A stretch of DNA of 64,000 bases, taken from contig OZ287069.1 in assembly GCA_965645245.1 (NCBI GenBank), forward strand, positions 3,038,001 through 3,102,000. The letters run 5' to 3'. The DNA comes from Massalongia carnosa (lineage: Eukaryota). A program made the translations under genes and the position numbers. Below, in pieces: positions 49,435-60,808 of the stretch. The notes beneath the pieces are model-generated. The model ran no database searches, was not told where the DNA came from, and saw only the letters and a program-made list of their open reading frames with translations. Within the stretch, counting starts at the first letter, position 1, and every line of letters begins with the position of its first letter.

Positions 49435-51228
49435 ATGGCAGATGTATTCCGTGTGAGCTTGAATCAGCGGTTCGTCGTTTTCGTTGGTGCTTTCATTCTT
49501 CTCTAACTGATCGGCCTGGGTATCTACCACCTTTTCTTTCATCCCCTTGCCAAATTTCCAGGTCCGAGGTTGGCGGCTGTTACACGATGGTATGAAGCCT
49601 ACTATGATTTTATTAAGGGAGGAGTTTTTGTCTTTAAGATTGGAGAACTACAGCGGAAATACGGTAGGAACAACTTCCCTTCGCCATGTTATACCTAATG
49701 AAGTCGAGCCTTTTGAATGAAACACTAATATTGCTCACACCCTCCTACTCAAAGGCCCATTGTGCGGATTAGCCCCTTACGAACTTCACATCAGTGATTC
49801 AGACTTTCACGAAAAGTTATACAGGTAGGATAGAAAGTGGGAGAAATATGCATTTGCATATCATCCAATGGGCAATCCAAATTCCGGCCATGGAACGTTG
49901 GATCACGAGTTGCATAGAATACGCTGGGCGGCCATGAACCCTTTCCTCTCCAAATAAAAAATTCTCCTTCTACAGCCGGTCATTCAAGATCAGATTGAGA
50001 AGCTATCGCAACGTATCGAAGCGTTTGCCGCATCATGCAAAGTACTGCTGATTGGAATCGCGTATGAAGCTTTTACCATGGATGTCATCACAGAATACGC
50101 TATGGAGAAAATTTACGGGAATCTAGATTTTGAGGATTTCAATAAAGATATGGCTAATTATGTACAAAGTCTTGGGTTGGTTTGGCGGCTGGGAAAGCAT
50201 GTCAAGGGGTTTTCCTTGTCATTTGCTTAGGCTCCAGCTTGGATCATTGTTCGTCTATTACCTGCATCTAGTCAAGTAGGGTAAAAGTTTCGTTCTTCAT
50301 CCTTTGACCACGAAAGTTTCTGTTTCAGCTAATCATGCTAGATACACAGTCTTGCCTTGGTCAAGTCCAAAACGTCTTCTCCGCCGCTAAACTCAGCTCA
50401 ATCCAGCAAAGATCCCACGAAACCACGTTCCACGCACTTTTAAACTCCGAAGTTCTTTCGGACTTAGACAAGACTGCCGAGCGCTTCAGCGAACAAGTAC
50501 AAACTATCGTTAGCGCTGTCTCGAGTATGGCAGCGGCAACACTCCGTCTCATTACCTTCTACCTTTGCGAGAACCCTCCGGTGCTTCAAAGACTCCGTGC
50601 GGAGCTCGAAACGGTTCCATCCCTCTCGCACAGTCCTCGAAAGCTGCAGCAGCTTGAAAAGCTCCCGTACATCACCGCAGTCATCCCGAGAAGGTCTCCG
50701 TCTTTCAATCGGACTTTTCCCGCGGCTAGCCAGAATAGCGCCCGATCGAGTAATTGAGTTTGGGGAGTGGAAGATACCACGTGGGACTCCTGTGGGCATG
50801 ACAGCTGCTTTAATGTTTCGCGATGAGAGTATTTATCCCGAATCTTGGAAATTTGACCCCAAGAGATGGATGGAACCTCTGAAACGGAGGCGGCTTGAGA
50901 AATATTTCGTGCCGTTTTCAAAAGGTTCCAGGAACTGTCTTGATATCAAGTGAGTCGAAACGTCCTTTTGAGTTAGTCAATATGAGAAAGTCTTCGTTTA
51001 GTATGCAAGAATGGATATGAATATCGGATGAATAACTGACACGCTTCCCGCCAGCCTTGCATGGGCAGAACTCTACCTGACGCTCGCAAAATTCTATTAC
51101 GATACGACTTTCGCTTTACAAAACCACCGTTGACGAGGTTACTTTTTGCAAGCGATCAGTTCGTGCCGGGGGTAAAAGGCAAAAATGGCATCCACGTAAC
51201 GGTGGCAAGAAGAAAAGCTCCGAACTAG
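49435..51228 (+). pseudogene. Cytochrome P450 pseudogene (CYP58/trichodiene-oxygenase-like clan)
   Basis: [23 protein letters not shown]; heme motif FSKGSRNCL at 50915-50941. In-frame stops at 49504, 49826 and 49955, a frameshift near 49775, and an apparent internal deletion near 50260-50350. Confidence 0.88.
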
Positions 51229-51980
51229 CCCGTGGGGAGAGTACGTATGACATGATCCTTGGATGGTAGATGAATGACGATTAACAATTAACGAAATGAG
51301 TTGTCCAGTGTCGTCGTTTTTGGACGACTAGTTTGAACGATGTTGTAGGACTCCGCCGGGTCAGACGGAGGCAGGAAAGCGGTTCTGTTCATTTCTAAAG
51401 ATCCTAGGGATTGAGATGGGTCCCAATACCAGTTTACCATAGGGGAAGTTTGATGTTTATTTCTTGTAGAAAACCCTATTGCACCAATTGTCCTTGATGA
51501 GACTTGAATTTGTTTGGACAGGGAATTCCAAAAGCAGTTAGGTTATGTTGTTCAACGCCCAAGCGACGCGGTTCGCTGGACCCCCACGTGACAGCAACAT
51601 CCATCCTCATCTCTAAATTCGTCAAACACGCCAGATACCCTACTAACAGCACATTTCCGCGCTCTCTGGTCCATTGCATATTGATGATCAGTAGGCTCCC
51701 AACGGTTTCAAAGACCGATAGTGTGTGGTACGTACAATGTATTTCGCCACGTAGTAGCATTAGTCTTCTATCACGTCCCCGCCCGCAACAGCTCCAGCCT
51801 CGGCCTCAGTTGAACCGGCTGGACAACAAATATCGAAGCTGATTTGTATCCTCGCATTCACCTGGAGCCATCATCATCGGCCTTGCTACCCTTCTGCAAT
51901 TTCATGGCTAACTATCGCGTTATTTAGGCTCCTGCGCTTGTTTAAGCTACCTGGGCACCCGTCTTCCCTGGAGGGCAAAT

Positions 51981-52931
51981 ATGTCGGTCAAATTTGAGAA
52001 AGAGACCATCCGGGAAACCCCGGTCCCCGGGGGCCGCAAGCATACCTTCGCGCATGAAGTTGGCGAACGCTTAACAGGAGGGGAGGGACAGACGGGCTAC
52101 TTGGCGGTAAGCAAGCCAACTCGTTTGCGAGCACAAAACGTTATGCTAACGGTCGATGATGCGCAGGCGTACCTCAAACAACTGCAAACAAACCCCCTGC
52201 GCACCAAAATGTTGACATCGGGGTCATTATCGGCTCTACAAGAAGTTCTCGCATCATGGATCGCACACGACAGGAGCAAACACGGGCATTATATCAGTTC
52301 TCGGGTGCCGAAGATGGCTGTGTATGGGGCATTTATTAGCGCTCCGCTGGGACACGTCTTGATTAGCATCTTGCAGAAGCTGTTCGCGGGGAAGACCAGC
52401 TTGAAGGCGAAAATCCTGCAGATCCTCGTCAGCAATTTGATCGTACGCAAGGAATTATTCTGTTCGAAGCCAGTGTTTCCATTCTCGTTCTAACCCGTCC
52501 AGGTCTCCCCTATTCAAAACACGGTTTATTTGACCTCGATGGCCATCATCGCCGGCGCGCGCACATTCCACCAAGTCCGCGCCACCGTCCGAGCTGGATT
52601 CATGCCCGTCATGAAGGTTAGCTGGATCACATCTCCGCTAGCATTGGCGTTTGCGCAAAAGTTTCTGCCCGAGCACACCTGGGTGCCCTTTTTCAACATC
52701 ATTGCCTTTGTCATCGGCACGTACATCAACGCGCACACCAAGAAGAAGAGGCTGGCGGCTTTGAGGAAGAAGGTGTGTTTTGCTCTTTTTTTTTTCCCCT
52801 AGCTTGGCCTACGCGGGATAGGCAATTACAAAATACTGATCCTTTTTCTGCCGTAGCATTACGGCGACGGTCGCGGCGATGGACGAAGCCATGCCGGTAG
52901 GGCGGAGGATTACCCACGGCGCGACTATTAG
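51981..52931 (+). CDS. PXMP2/Mpv17 family membrane protein (probably peroxisomal), 4 exons
   Basis: AYLKQLQTNPLRTKMLTSG..YGAFISAPLGH..SPIQNTVYL..FAQKFLPEHTWVPFFN; last exon HYGDGRG..RRDY*. Confidence 0.88.
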
Positions 52932-53227
52932 AGACGGACGGGGTGAAGCCCAAGGAAGCGTGGCATGGCAGCAAGGCGGGTGGAGCCACCCACTGCCGAC
53001 GAAAGCCATCTATCTTATAATTTTTCGGGAGAGAGGCAGAAGGATATAAAGAGCAAGAGCAAAGGGAGACAGAAACGGCCCCCTTTTTCCCATACATTTT
53101 TTTCATAATATCGTTGGGGTGGATCTGCCCTGTCTGTCTGTCTATCTCTCTACCTATTTGTTTGCAGCTACAAGCGAGATCGCCTACCTTCCCCCCCTTT
53201 TACTGGACTGTACGGGACTGGTCGGGA

Positions 53228-53263
53228 ATGGGATGGGATGGGATGGGATGGGGTGGGATGGGA
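53228..53263. repeat. (ATGGG)n pentanucleotide microsatellite
   Basis: Read directly. Confidence 0.8.
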
Positions 53264-54725
53264 GGAGAAAGGGAGTGCCCCGGGACCTATAGATAGAGCG
53301 ATACTTGCTTTTTGCGACCCTAAACCAACTGATAGGTCTTTCTTTTTTTTAGAATTTTTTTTTTCGAGTTTTTTTGCTACGAACAACCTAAACACGCCCC
53401 AAATCTATTTCCTCCCCCTTCCGCACACAAAATACTACATACCCGCCTACCTCGACCCCAAAAATAAAAACAATAAGATAAAAAAAAAGGGTACCTCCTC
53501 CTTACAGGTTGGGGATTGTATCTATCTATCCTGTATAGATGATGGTCTTGGGGGTTCTTGATGTTGGGGGGTAAGTAAGTAGGTTTCGTTGACGGGGGAG
53601 GGATGGGGTGGGAGTTGGTAGTTGGGGAGTTGGTTGCATAGGGTAGATGGATATAGATAGAGATATAGTAGATGTATATGTATTATATATACCCCGAACT
53701 TAGGGTCGAGAATCTCCTTTTCCGATCGAGAAAAGGAGCAGCGAGGGAGGGTAGCACTGTTTGTGGCCGTGTTATGTGGCCGAGTGAAGGCGCAGCACTC
53801 AAAATGGCTCCCTCAATCTCGGCTTGACTTGCACCTATTTTTCACAACGTCTGAGCCTTGTCTACCTTCCTGTTTATTTCCTCGGGAAATTCCTTAGCCT
53901 CTCAGGGTGGCAAGCTTAAGCAGGCGAGTTGGGTGAAGAGGAAGGGTACTGAAAGCGTTTTCTTCTTCTCGCGAAAATTGCTTTCCCACCTTCTGCTTTT
54001 TCCCATCTGCTATTTGCTCGTTAGGTACAAGGGGTTTAGGCATGTTCGGAAAATCGACGTTTTCATGCAAGAGCTAGGTATATTGGTTTTGCGTACAACT
54101 GCTCAAATACCAACAGCAGAAGGGAGAGAGAGCAGCTGGATGAGCTGTGTGCTTCGCATGATCTGGCTCCGGTCTTTCGGTATGCTCTTGAGATTAAGTA
54201 TGATGAGAAAGTCAAGGAGGATGTGTTGGCGGATCTGATGAGTTTGAGTCTGGGAAAGAAGGAGTCGAAGGGAAAGCCAGTAAGATGTTTTCTTAGGCAA
54301 GAAGTAGGTAGAATAAGAAGTAGTAGCCTTTTCCGGAGGGAGAAGCAAAGATGAAGCATCATGAAAAGTATTCTCTCAGACGAAGTACCACAAGATCTAC
54401 TGCTTTGTCTCCTCATCTGCTATCATCGAATCGTTCGGTGCCGTCTAAGCGTCATGTATGTACCTCCCAGCGTTACGACCCTCGAACCGTTGACATCCAT
54501 CACTTCCTCTGTCCTTACATCCTTGACTTCGAACCGCTTTCTTCTCGACCTGATGCTATCCTTCTCTCCACCATATTGAATCTCATCGTTGCTATTTTCC
54601 ACATGTCATTCCAAGATGCCCGTAAGCCTGCCTGTTTCCCCACCACACTCTCTGCCATCTCCGCTCCTCCAACAAAGATTAGTGCCATAATTTCCGAATG
54701 CTCGAACACTCAACGAACCGTCATG

Positions 54726-55198
54726 TCATCTTTTCCCTTTGTTCTTGTCGGTTTTTTGGGGAGAAGTCTTCTGCTGCTTGCCAAGTCCTGTCCATTGGCC
54801 GCCAGGCTCCAACTATAGACCATTAGCCAACATTTTATCCAGAAAAGCTTTATTTCTTTCCAGGTCTTTCGGCTTAATGCCGAGCGCTTTTTCTAGGTTA
54901 GGTGTCACATCGTGAGCAGCGTAGACGCGATAGTCACCGCTCTCCACGCGCTTCGCGTCTCTTCGATCAGAGCTGACATAGTCTTGCCCCCGTCGAGGCG
55001 GGCTCCTTTGAATTTCTCCGCTTCGTCTTGGTTGAAGTATGGTTCTCCGAGGTATGAAGGGTCTACCACTGTTTCGAGTCTAGATTGACTGACGTTGGTC
55101 TGCTCAAAGTGCCTCAGGTCGTAGAAAAGGACGTGGATTTGGTACCAGACGTTACTATCCATCCTAAGTTCCGGAAGGCTGACCGATGAATTATCCAT
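54726..55198 (-). pseudogene. Pseudogene of a small hypothetical protein
   Basis: MDNSS..WYQIHVLFYDL..DPSYLGEPYF..LIEET shifts frame near 54955 to KRVESGDYRVYAAHD..LGIKPKDL..NGL*LEPGGQWTGLGK..KGKR*. Confidence 0.6.
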
Positions 55199-56052
55199 GC
55201 TTTGATCGTGATGTTGGTGTGGTTGCAAAAGCGCTTGCTGGAGTGTCTTTTGCCGAAACGTTCACAGCGCAAGGCTCCTGCGTACACATGATTTAGTGGT
55301 GGTGTAGTGGCAGAAAGCGATATGTAGTAACTTCCAGGCGAGAAGGACTCATTATACCCATGTAACCGTTGAGTTCGCGAATGACCCAGACTCGCATGTG
55401 GCGCAACATTTTATAAGTTGTTTTTTTTTTTTAAATAATTCTGTTCATCTATTTAACGAGATAAGATGATTGTACAAAACTTCATAACATTAGAAATTTA
55501 TCTCCTTAAGCTCGACCAATACTCCGTAATTTAGAACTTATAATCCTAAGTTCAAGGAAGCTATACATATTATTCATGTAACATACATCTACACATCTAC
55601 ACATCTCCTCGTCTTCATATCACCCAACTAACTAATCAATCAACCAATCCTCATACCTAATCTTCTTCCCCCCCCAAAAAACACATCAAGCAAACTAAGA
55701 AAAACCCATTTTTCCTTCCCTTCAAAGCAGGAATAACAAACCAAACCAACTGTTCTATTCGGCAGAAAGCGGGAAAAAAGGAAAGGGAAAGGTGGAAAGG
55801 AAAAGGGGAAGGGGAATGATGAATGAATAATAGACAAAAAAGTGCACTTGTGGCCGGGAAGTGCGAAAGAGAGATGGATAAGATAGACATGTACCCGGGA
55901 TTATTCTTGATTTTGTGTTTTTTCCTGTCTCTGTTTTCATGTTCTTGCCAGAATTTATGTACATTCCCTCCATCATGATGTCAACCACCCCCCCCCCCCG
56001 GAAACTCCGTTACAATTCATCCACACACCCGTCCTTCCCACCAGCCTGTTGG

Positions 56053-59000
56053 CTACTTCCCCTTCCCGACGACTTTCTTCCCCACCCCCTCCCCCCACTG
56101 CACCCGACCCTGGCTCACGGCTGGGGAATCGGCAAATCGGATCCCCGGGGCTCTTCTCGCCCCTTCCCGGCTGGGCTCCGCTACAGGCTGATGCCCCTTC
56201 TCGGGTATCCGTTCCCCCCCGTCGTCATCGCTGTCGCTGTCGCTACCATCCCCACCGCTCAATGCGGCGAGTCGTCGTTTCCGCTCTGCGTTGCTTTCCC
56301 CGCTCGCGGTGACCGGCGTTGCGGTTCCACCGGTGGAGCGACCTGCGATGGTGTCGTGATGGGTGGAGGGCGGCACGCGAGCTGTGCCGTCATCGTCCGA
56401 GTCTTGACGATCGGCCAGCGCGATGCGGCGGCGGCGTTGGGCCGCGGTTTCGACGCCGCGGCGGGAGGCGTATTTGAAAACGCTGTCGGAGACTGCGTGC
56501 ACGGGGATGTCGCCCGTGTTGGAGTCAACCAAGGTGAGTCCGCCTTCGCCAAGTGGGCGTTCGGAATCTTCGACTACGTGGTGTAGTTCGGGGCCTGGGC
56601 GAGCAAGTTGAGATGAGGCGTCTGGAGGCTGAGCGACGGAGCGGCGGGAGGTTCCTTGACGTGAAACGGCTGGCCGAGAGGTTGTCGATTGGGATCTAGG
56701 TTGATCTGGGCGGGAAGCCAAGGGTGGATCTTGAGTCGCTATTTCTTTGCTGGCTTCGGGGGCGTCGCTGTCTTGGGCCGCGTCCCAGCGGTGTTTGGGG
56801 TCCATTTCTTGGATTTGACGGATGAAATCAGCTTTGCTCATGCGTTGACCACCGGCTGTAACGGTGAAGCGAAGACCATCATCTTTCTCTTCCACCGCTT
56901 CCTTCGCGGTCGAGGATTTCCGACGGCTAAGGTTCGGGTCTTGAGATTCCTGGCCGGGGGCGATCCCAGCTTCGGTGGATGCTTCCGCTTTGCCTTTAAA
57001 TCCTGCCCAAGTGCCCATGCGTTTCAGACCTTGGCGAACAGCTGCCGAGTCAACGTGAGTGCCTGGCGTATCTTGTGCCCCGCCCTTACCGCGTCTTCTC
57101 TGCGCTGCCGGGATTTCGTATTTCTGGATAACCTCGCCATCTTCGTCTTCAAGGATAATGGTATTGCCGAATTGATACGCATGAGCGGGACCACGTTTCT
57201 TCGCAGGCGCCTTGAGGTCCGAAGCGCCTTCCTCACCATCATCATTTTTCTTCCCCCGACCGTCCCAATGAGTAAGCTTCATCTTAAGTTTGCGATAAGC
57301 CTTTTCGGGATGCCCCAGGCTAACTTGAATATTATGCTGAAGCTCTTCTCCTTCGTTCCTACTGTGCGGATGGAACTTCCCCTTTGCATATTCCCCACTC
57401 GTCTCCTCGCGGAGCTTTCGCTCCGCATCCATTACATGTTGTTGTTTCTGATCTTCCGTCTCGCCACGCACATCGCTCATGCTTAACACATTGCCTTCTT
57501 CATCCTCCACTATCAAATTGTGACCTTCCTCATATACTTCAATCTCAGGCTCCTCGACTTCTTGGGACTCCTTTTTCCGCTTTCCTGTATCTTCTTGCCT
57601 CTGAATTCCATTCGGCGATTCCTCGTCCTCACGGCTGCTCTTCTCATTCAGAGTATCTGACACGCTATCATCCGGGCTCTTCAGGTCTGCTCGCGGTGCC
57701 GGCATGATGGCCGACTGGCTGATCGGGCCGCCCGGACCCATGCCAGAGTCCCACTTTCTTCGTTTTGTTGGTCGAGAAATCTGAGCCTTCCCCACGGACT
57801 TGGTAGGATCGTCTTCTTTTTGCCGGCGCAAGAAATTGCCAGGCACCCCAACCGGAGGGAGCGTACCAGGCGCAAATTCCGGCACCTCGCTCGAGGACGT
57901 ACTCTGGTCATCGTTTTTCGTTCTCGAAAACGAGCCTCGGGACGTCGACGCAATTCTCGGCAGTCGGTTCATCCATGAGGGTCCGTTTTCGTCGGCTTGC
58001 GTGTACGACATTGTCAGCGTTAGGGTGTTGATGCGTTTCCCTAGCGTAAACACAGCTATCGAAGACCCATGCACCACAATTGAAGTGATGACGAGAAAGG
58101 TGGTCAGAGGCCAGATGATTTGAACGATGGCGTAGTTTTCCGATCCCACTGGTGGGAAAGCGGCCAGGGGCGTGGTGGTGTCCTGCTCCAGCTCGGCTCG
58201 GGCCAGAATGGCGGCAAAAATGGCACCAACGCCAATTGGACCAAAGTGACCGGCGAAGAGGGCCTCTCGCCAAGTTTTGATGTCGGGTATTAGAGGTTTG
58301 AGGGCCATCATGATCGGAATCCGGCGAAAGAATATGACAAAGATGGCAATGACAACAAGCCGCCACGGGGTGAGACCGAGCTGAGGGGCGTTGTACTGTT
58401 CCCACGGTATAATAGCACCCAGGTAGACAAAGTATGCCAAATTAAGCAACAAGTCGATAACGTTGGACACGTGAGATTCTTCCGTCTTCTGCGTGAACCA
58501 TCCATCATTGCTAAAACCCACCCCGGCAGCAAAGCCAACCAGTAGATCGTCGGTTCCCAGCGCTGCTCCTGTGCCAGCACAAAAGAGGGCCAGGACAAAG
58601 TAGAACACCAAGAAACTCTCTCGATCGATCAACCCTCTTCGATCCGCCCACTTGATCGCATGTCGTCCCATATAGCCAATGAGAACCCCATAAATGGCTC
58701 CGAAAACACACTCATAGAGAATGGTGTTGCAAAACCAATGATAGGCCACTTGGGAGGTGTGTGGTCTATAGTGGATGATATAGAATGAAAGATAAATAAA
58801 AGGAAATGCCATGCCATCGTTGCATCCAGATTCGGCAGAAAGGAGATCTCGTAAATGTTTCGGTACCCGCTTGGCAAATTTGCCCTTCCCCACCACCGAG
58901 GAAGCAAGAACGGGATCGGTGGCGGTGACGCAAGCGGCACACATCAAGCTTTCTAGCCAAGACAACGGCTCAATCATCCACCAAATTACCAGGCTAGTGA

Positions 59001-59346
59001 CCAGCCAGCCAAACGTCATGACCGGCACCAGCAAAAACACCACGGATCTCCAATGACGTTCCATGTACGCTTTGGGCAACTCCACTCCTACGGCAAAACA
59101 CTGCACGACCAGAACCACCCGTGAGCATTCCAGCGTGATTTGATCCGAATTTCCCCAGGAGAGCGGATTGAACAGATTCGCCGCATGTGGGCCGAATATG
59201 ACTCCACAAATGGTGGCCACAGTGGCCTCGCCGATGTATAGTTTCTCTTTCACAAACAGCGAGCATAGCATGAACAGACTGGTGAACCCGCCGATGATCA
59301 AGTAGGCCAAGTGAGGCTTGTTGATTGCTAATTGGTCCCACACCAT
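56053..59346 (-). CDS. NHA1: Plasma-membrane Na+(K+)/H+ antiporter with long hydrophilic tail, intronless
   Basis: MVWDQL..KEKLYIGEA..ATDPVLA..ESGCNDG..FAGHFGPIGVGA..VHGSSI. Confidence 0.95.
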   Translation of the reverse strand: MVWDQLAINKPHLAYLIIGGFTSLFMLCSLFVKEKLYIGEATVATICGVIFGPHAANLFNPLSWGNSDQITLECSRVVLVVQCFAVGVELPKAYMERHWRSVVFLLVPVMTFGWLVTSLVIWWMIEPLSWLESLMCAACVTATDPVLASSVVGKGKFAKRVPKHLRDLLSAESGCNDGMAFPFIYLSFYIIHYRPHTSQVAYHWFCNTILYECVFGAIYGVLIGYMGRHAIKWADRRGLIDRESFLVFYFVLALFCAGTGAALGTDDLLVGFAAGVGFSNDGWFTQKTEESHVSNVIDLLLNLAYFVYLGAIIPWEQYNAPQLGLTPWRLVVIAIFVIFFRRIPIMMALKPLIPDIKTWREALFAGHFGPIGVGAIFAAILARAELEQDTTTPLAAFPPVGSENYAIVQIIWPLTTFLVITSIVVHGSSIAVFTLGKRINTLTLTMSYTQADENGPSWMNRLPRIASTSRGSFSRTKNDDQSTSSSEVPEFAPGTLPPVGVPGNFLRRQKEDDPTKSVGKAQISRPTKRRKWDSGMGPGGPISQSAIMPAPRADLKSPDDSVSDTLNEKSSREDEESPNGIQRQEDTGKRKKESQEVEEPEIEVYEEGHNLIVEDEEGNVLSMSDVRGETEDQKQQHVMDAERKLREETSGEYAKGKFHPHSRNEGEELQHNIQVSLGHPEKAYRKLKMKLTHWDGRGKKNDDGEEGASDLKAPAKKRGPAHAYQFGNTIILEDEDGEVIQKYEIPAAQRRRGKGGAQDTPGTHVDSAAVRQGLKRMGTWAGFKGKAEASTEAGIAPGQESQDPNLSRRKSSTAKEAVEEKDDGLRFTVTAGGQRMSKADFIRQIQEMDPKHRWDAAQDSDAPEASKEIATQDPPLASRPDQPRSQSTTSRPAVSRQGTSRRSVAQPPDASSQLARPGPELHHVVEDSERPLGEGGLTLVDSNTGDIPVHAVSDSVFKYASRRGVETAAQRRRRIALADRQDSDDDGTARVPPSTHHDTIAGRSTGGTATPVTASGESNAERKRRLAALSGGDGSDSDSDDDGGERIPEKGHQPVAEPSREGARRAPGIRFADSPAVSQGRVQWGEGVGKKVVGKGK

Positions 59347-59952
59347 GACGATGATTATTTCCACTCACGATGGGCTCTGTAGAGTTTTGCCGAGACTTGT
59401 AGCCGATTCCTCCGTCGTACACCCTTATCTTTGCGGCTATATCCCCCAATCGTTCGTTTCTCTCGCCGAAGCCTTGTAAGACCTTCGTCGAAGCATCCAG
59501 CGTTGCGCTGCGCGCAATTACCGCTTCGGATGATTGACAATAAAAGTGTTGGGTTCAAGGAGGGTCCAACACGGCGTATCTATATGACACTCGAAAGGCG
59601 AGGATTTTTAAAGCGCGAAAGGGAACAAGATCTAGCCGCGAAATCAGCTACCGATAATACTAAACCTCCGTGGCAAGTTTTATGTCAGCTGTGGATCGTG
59701 AACCAAGTGAGTGACTAGGTCAAATAATGGAAATTCTCCTGGACGCTCACCAGCCCCGGTGAGGACCAAAGCGTCGGGTTAGCGTAAAGGTTGAATAGGG
59801 TCAAATATCGCAATAGGAACAGGAAAGGGTCATCTAAAAAGCACAAATAAGTACATAATGAAAAGCGAGAAGTCGACGACGTATGCCAAAAATTTCTTTT
59901 TCCAGAGAATTTTTGATAAAGTTTCGCCTAAGCTTAAGCTAATGCCGTGTGC

Positions 59953-59977
59953 GATAAGCTAAGATAAGCTAAGATAA
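59953..59977. promoter_or_regulatory. Three GATAA sites at exact 10-bp spacing
   Basis: GATAAGCTAA-GATAAGCTAA-GATAA, about 600 bp upstream of NHA1. Confidence 0.45.
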
Positions 59978-60061
59978 ACCATAGGACCGAGGGTCTGAGA
60001 CTGGTCTCTCATTGGTCTCTTCCCATGTCGCCAATACTTGCCCAAGAACTCTCAAGGCCTC

Positions 60062-60306
60062 GCCAAGCGTGCGCCAAGCACGCCTTTCCGGGGAAGGCAT
60101 GTGACCTCCTCGGCTCTTATAGCTTCATTCTTCTATGGCCGAGAAACGTGGGTATGGGGATGGAAGGGCGGATGGAACGGTGGTTGCCGATGATGGTGAT
60201 GTGGTGATGTAATCACTATGAGTCGGTTCTGGTATCATTCGATATGGCGCGCAAAGAGAGCGGTAGGCATGACGTTAAACTCCAATTGATGATGATGTCG
60301 GCCAAG
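60062..60306. promoter_or_regulatory. Three PacC/Rim101 consensus sites (GCCAAG)
   Basis: GCCAAG at 60062, 60073 and 60301, upstream of NHA1. Confidence 0.35.
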
Positions 60307-60808
60307 TCTCCAGGAAACACCATTGGCGACTTGATTATATTACATGATGACCGCACACGATGACCGCGCGCGCATCAATGCTCTCCGCAGCAGCTCAGTC
60401 AGCGCCCGCCTGATGAGCCACGGTCCGACCAAAAGATGGGATCCTTACGCCCCCAGAGCCGTTCCCCGAAAAGCAGCTTGACCTTAGACGCCGAAAAGAC
60501 TGTGAGGCGAAAAACTAACACTAGTGGAATGAAATCGTAAAACGTTAAGTAAAGACACAAGCAAACCGTGTAAGAGGAATCAACGAGCTAGAAACGATCA
60601 TGGGTATCCTCGCTTGCAATCATCAAAATACCGACCGCGCGGCGGTAATGCCATGTGTCCAACCCAGGGCACAGCACCCTCTCAAGGAATCGCGGAAGAA
60701 TGTCTGCTTATCCTCCACAAAGGCACCAGGATCCCGGCGTAACGGTTGTGGAAGTACTATACAATAATGGAATCCAAGGCCCTAAAAATCCGAAACACGG
60801 TGTTCACG

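Noticed and set aside
56689..57486. Long antisense ORFs over NHA1 (also 55915-56586) and over other genes
   Set aside because: Shadow ORFs of GC-rich coding strands, with no motifs.
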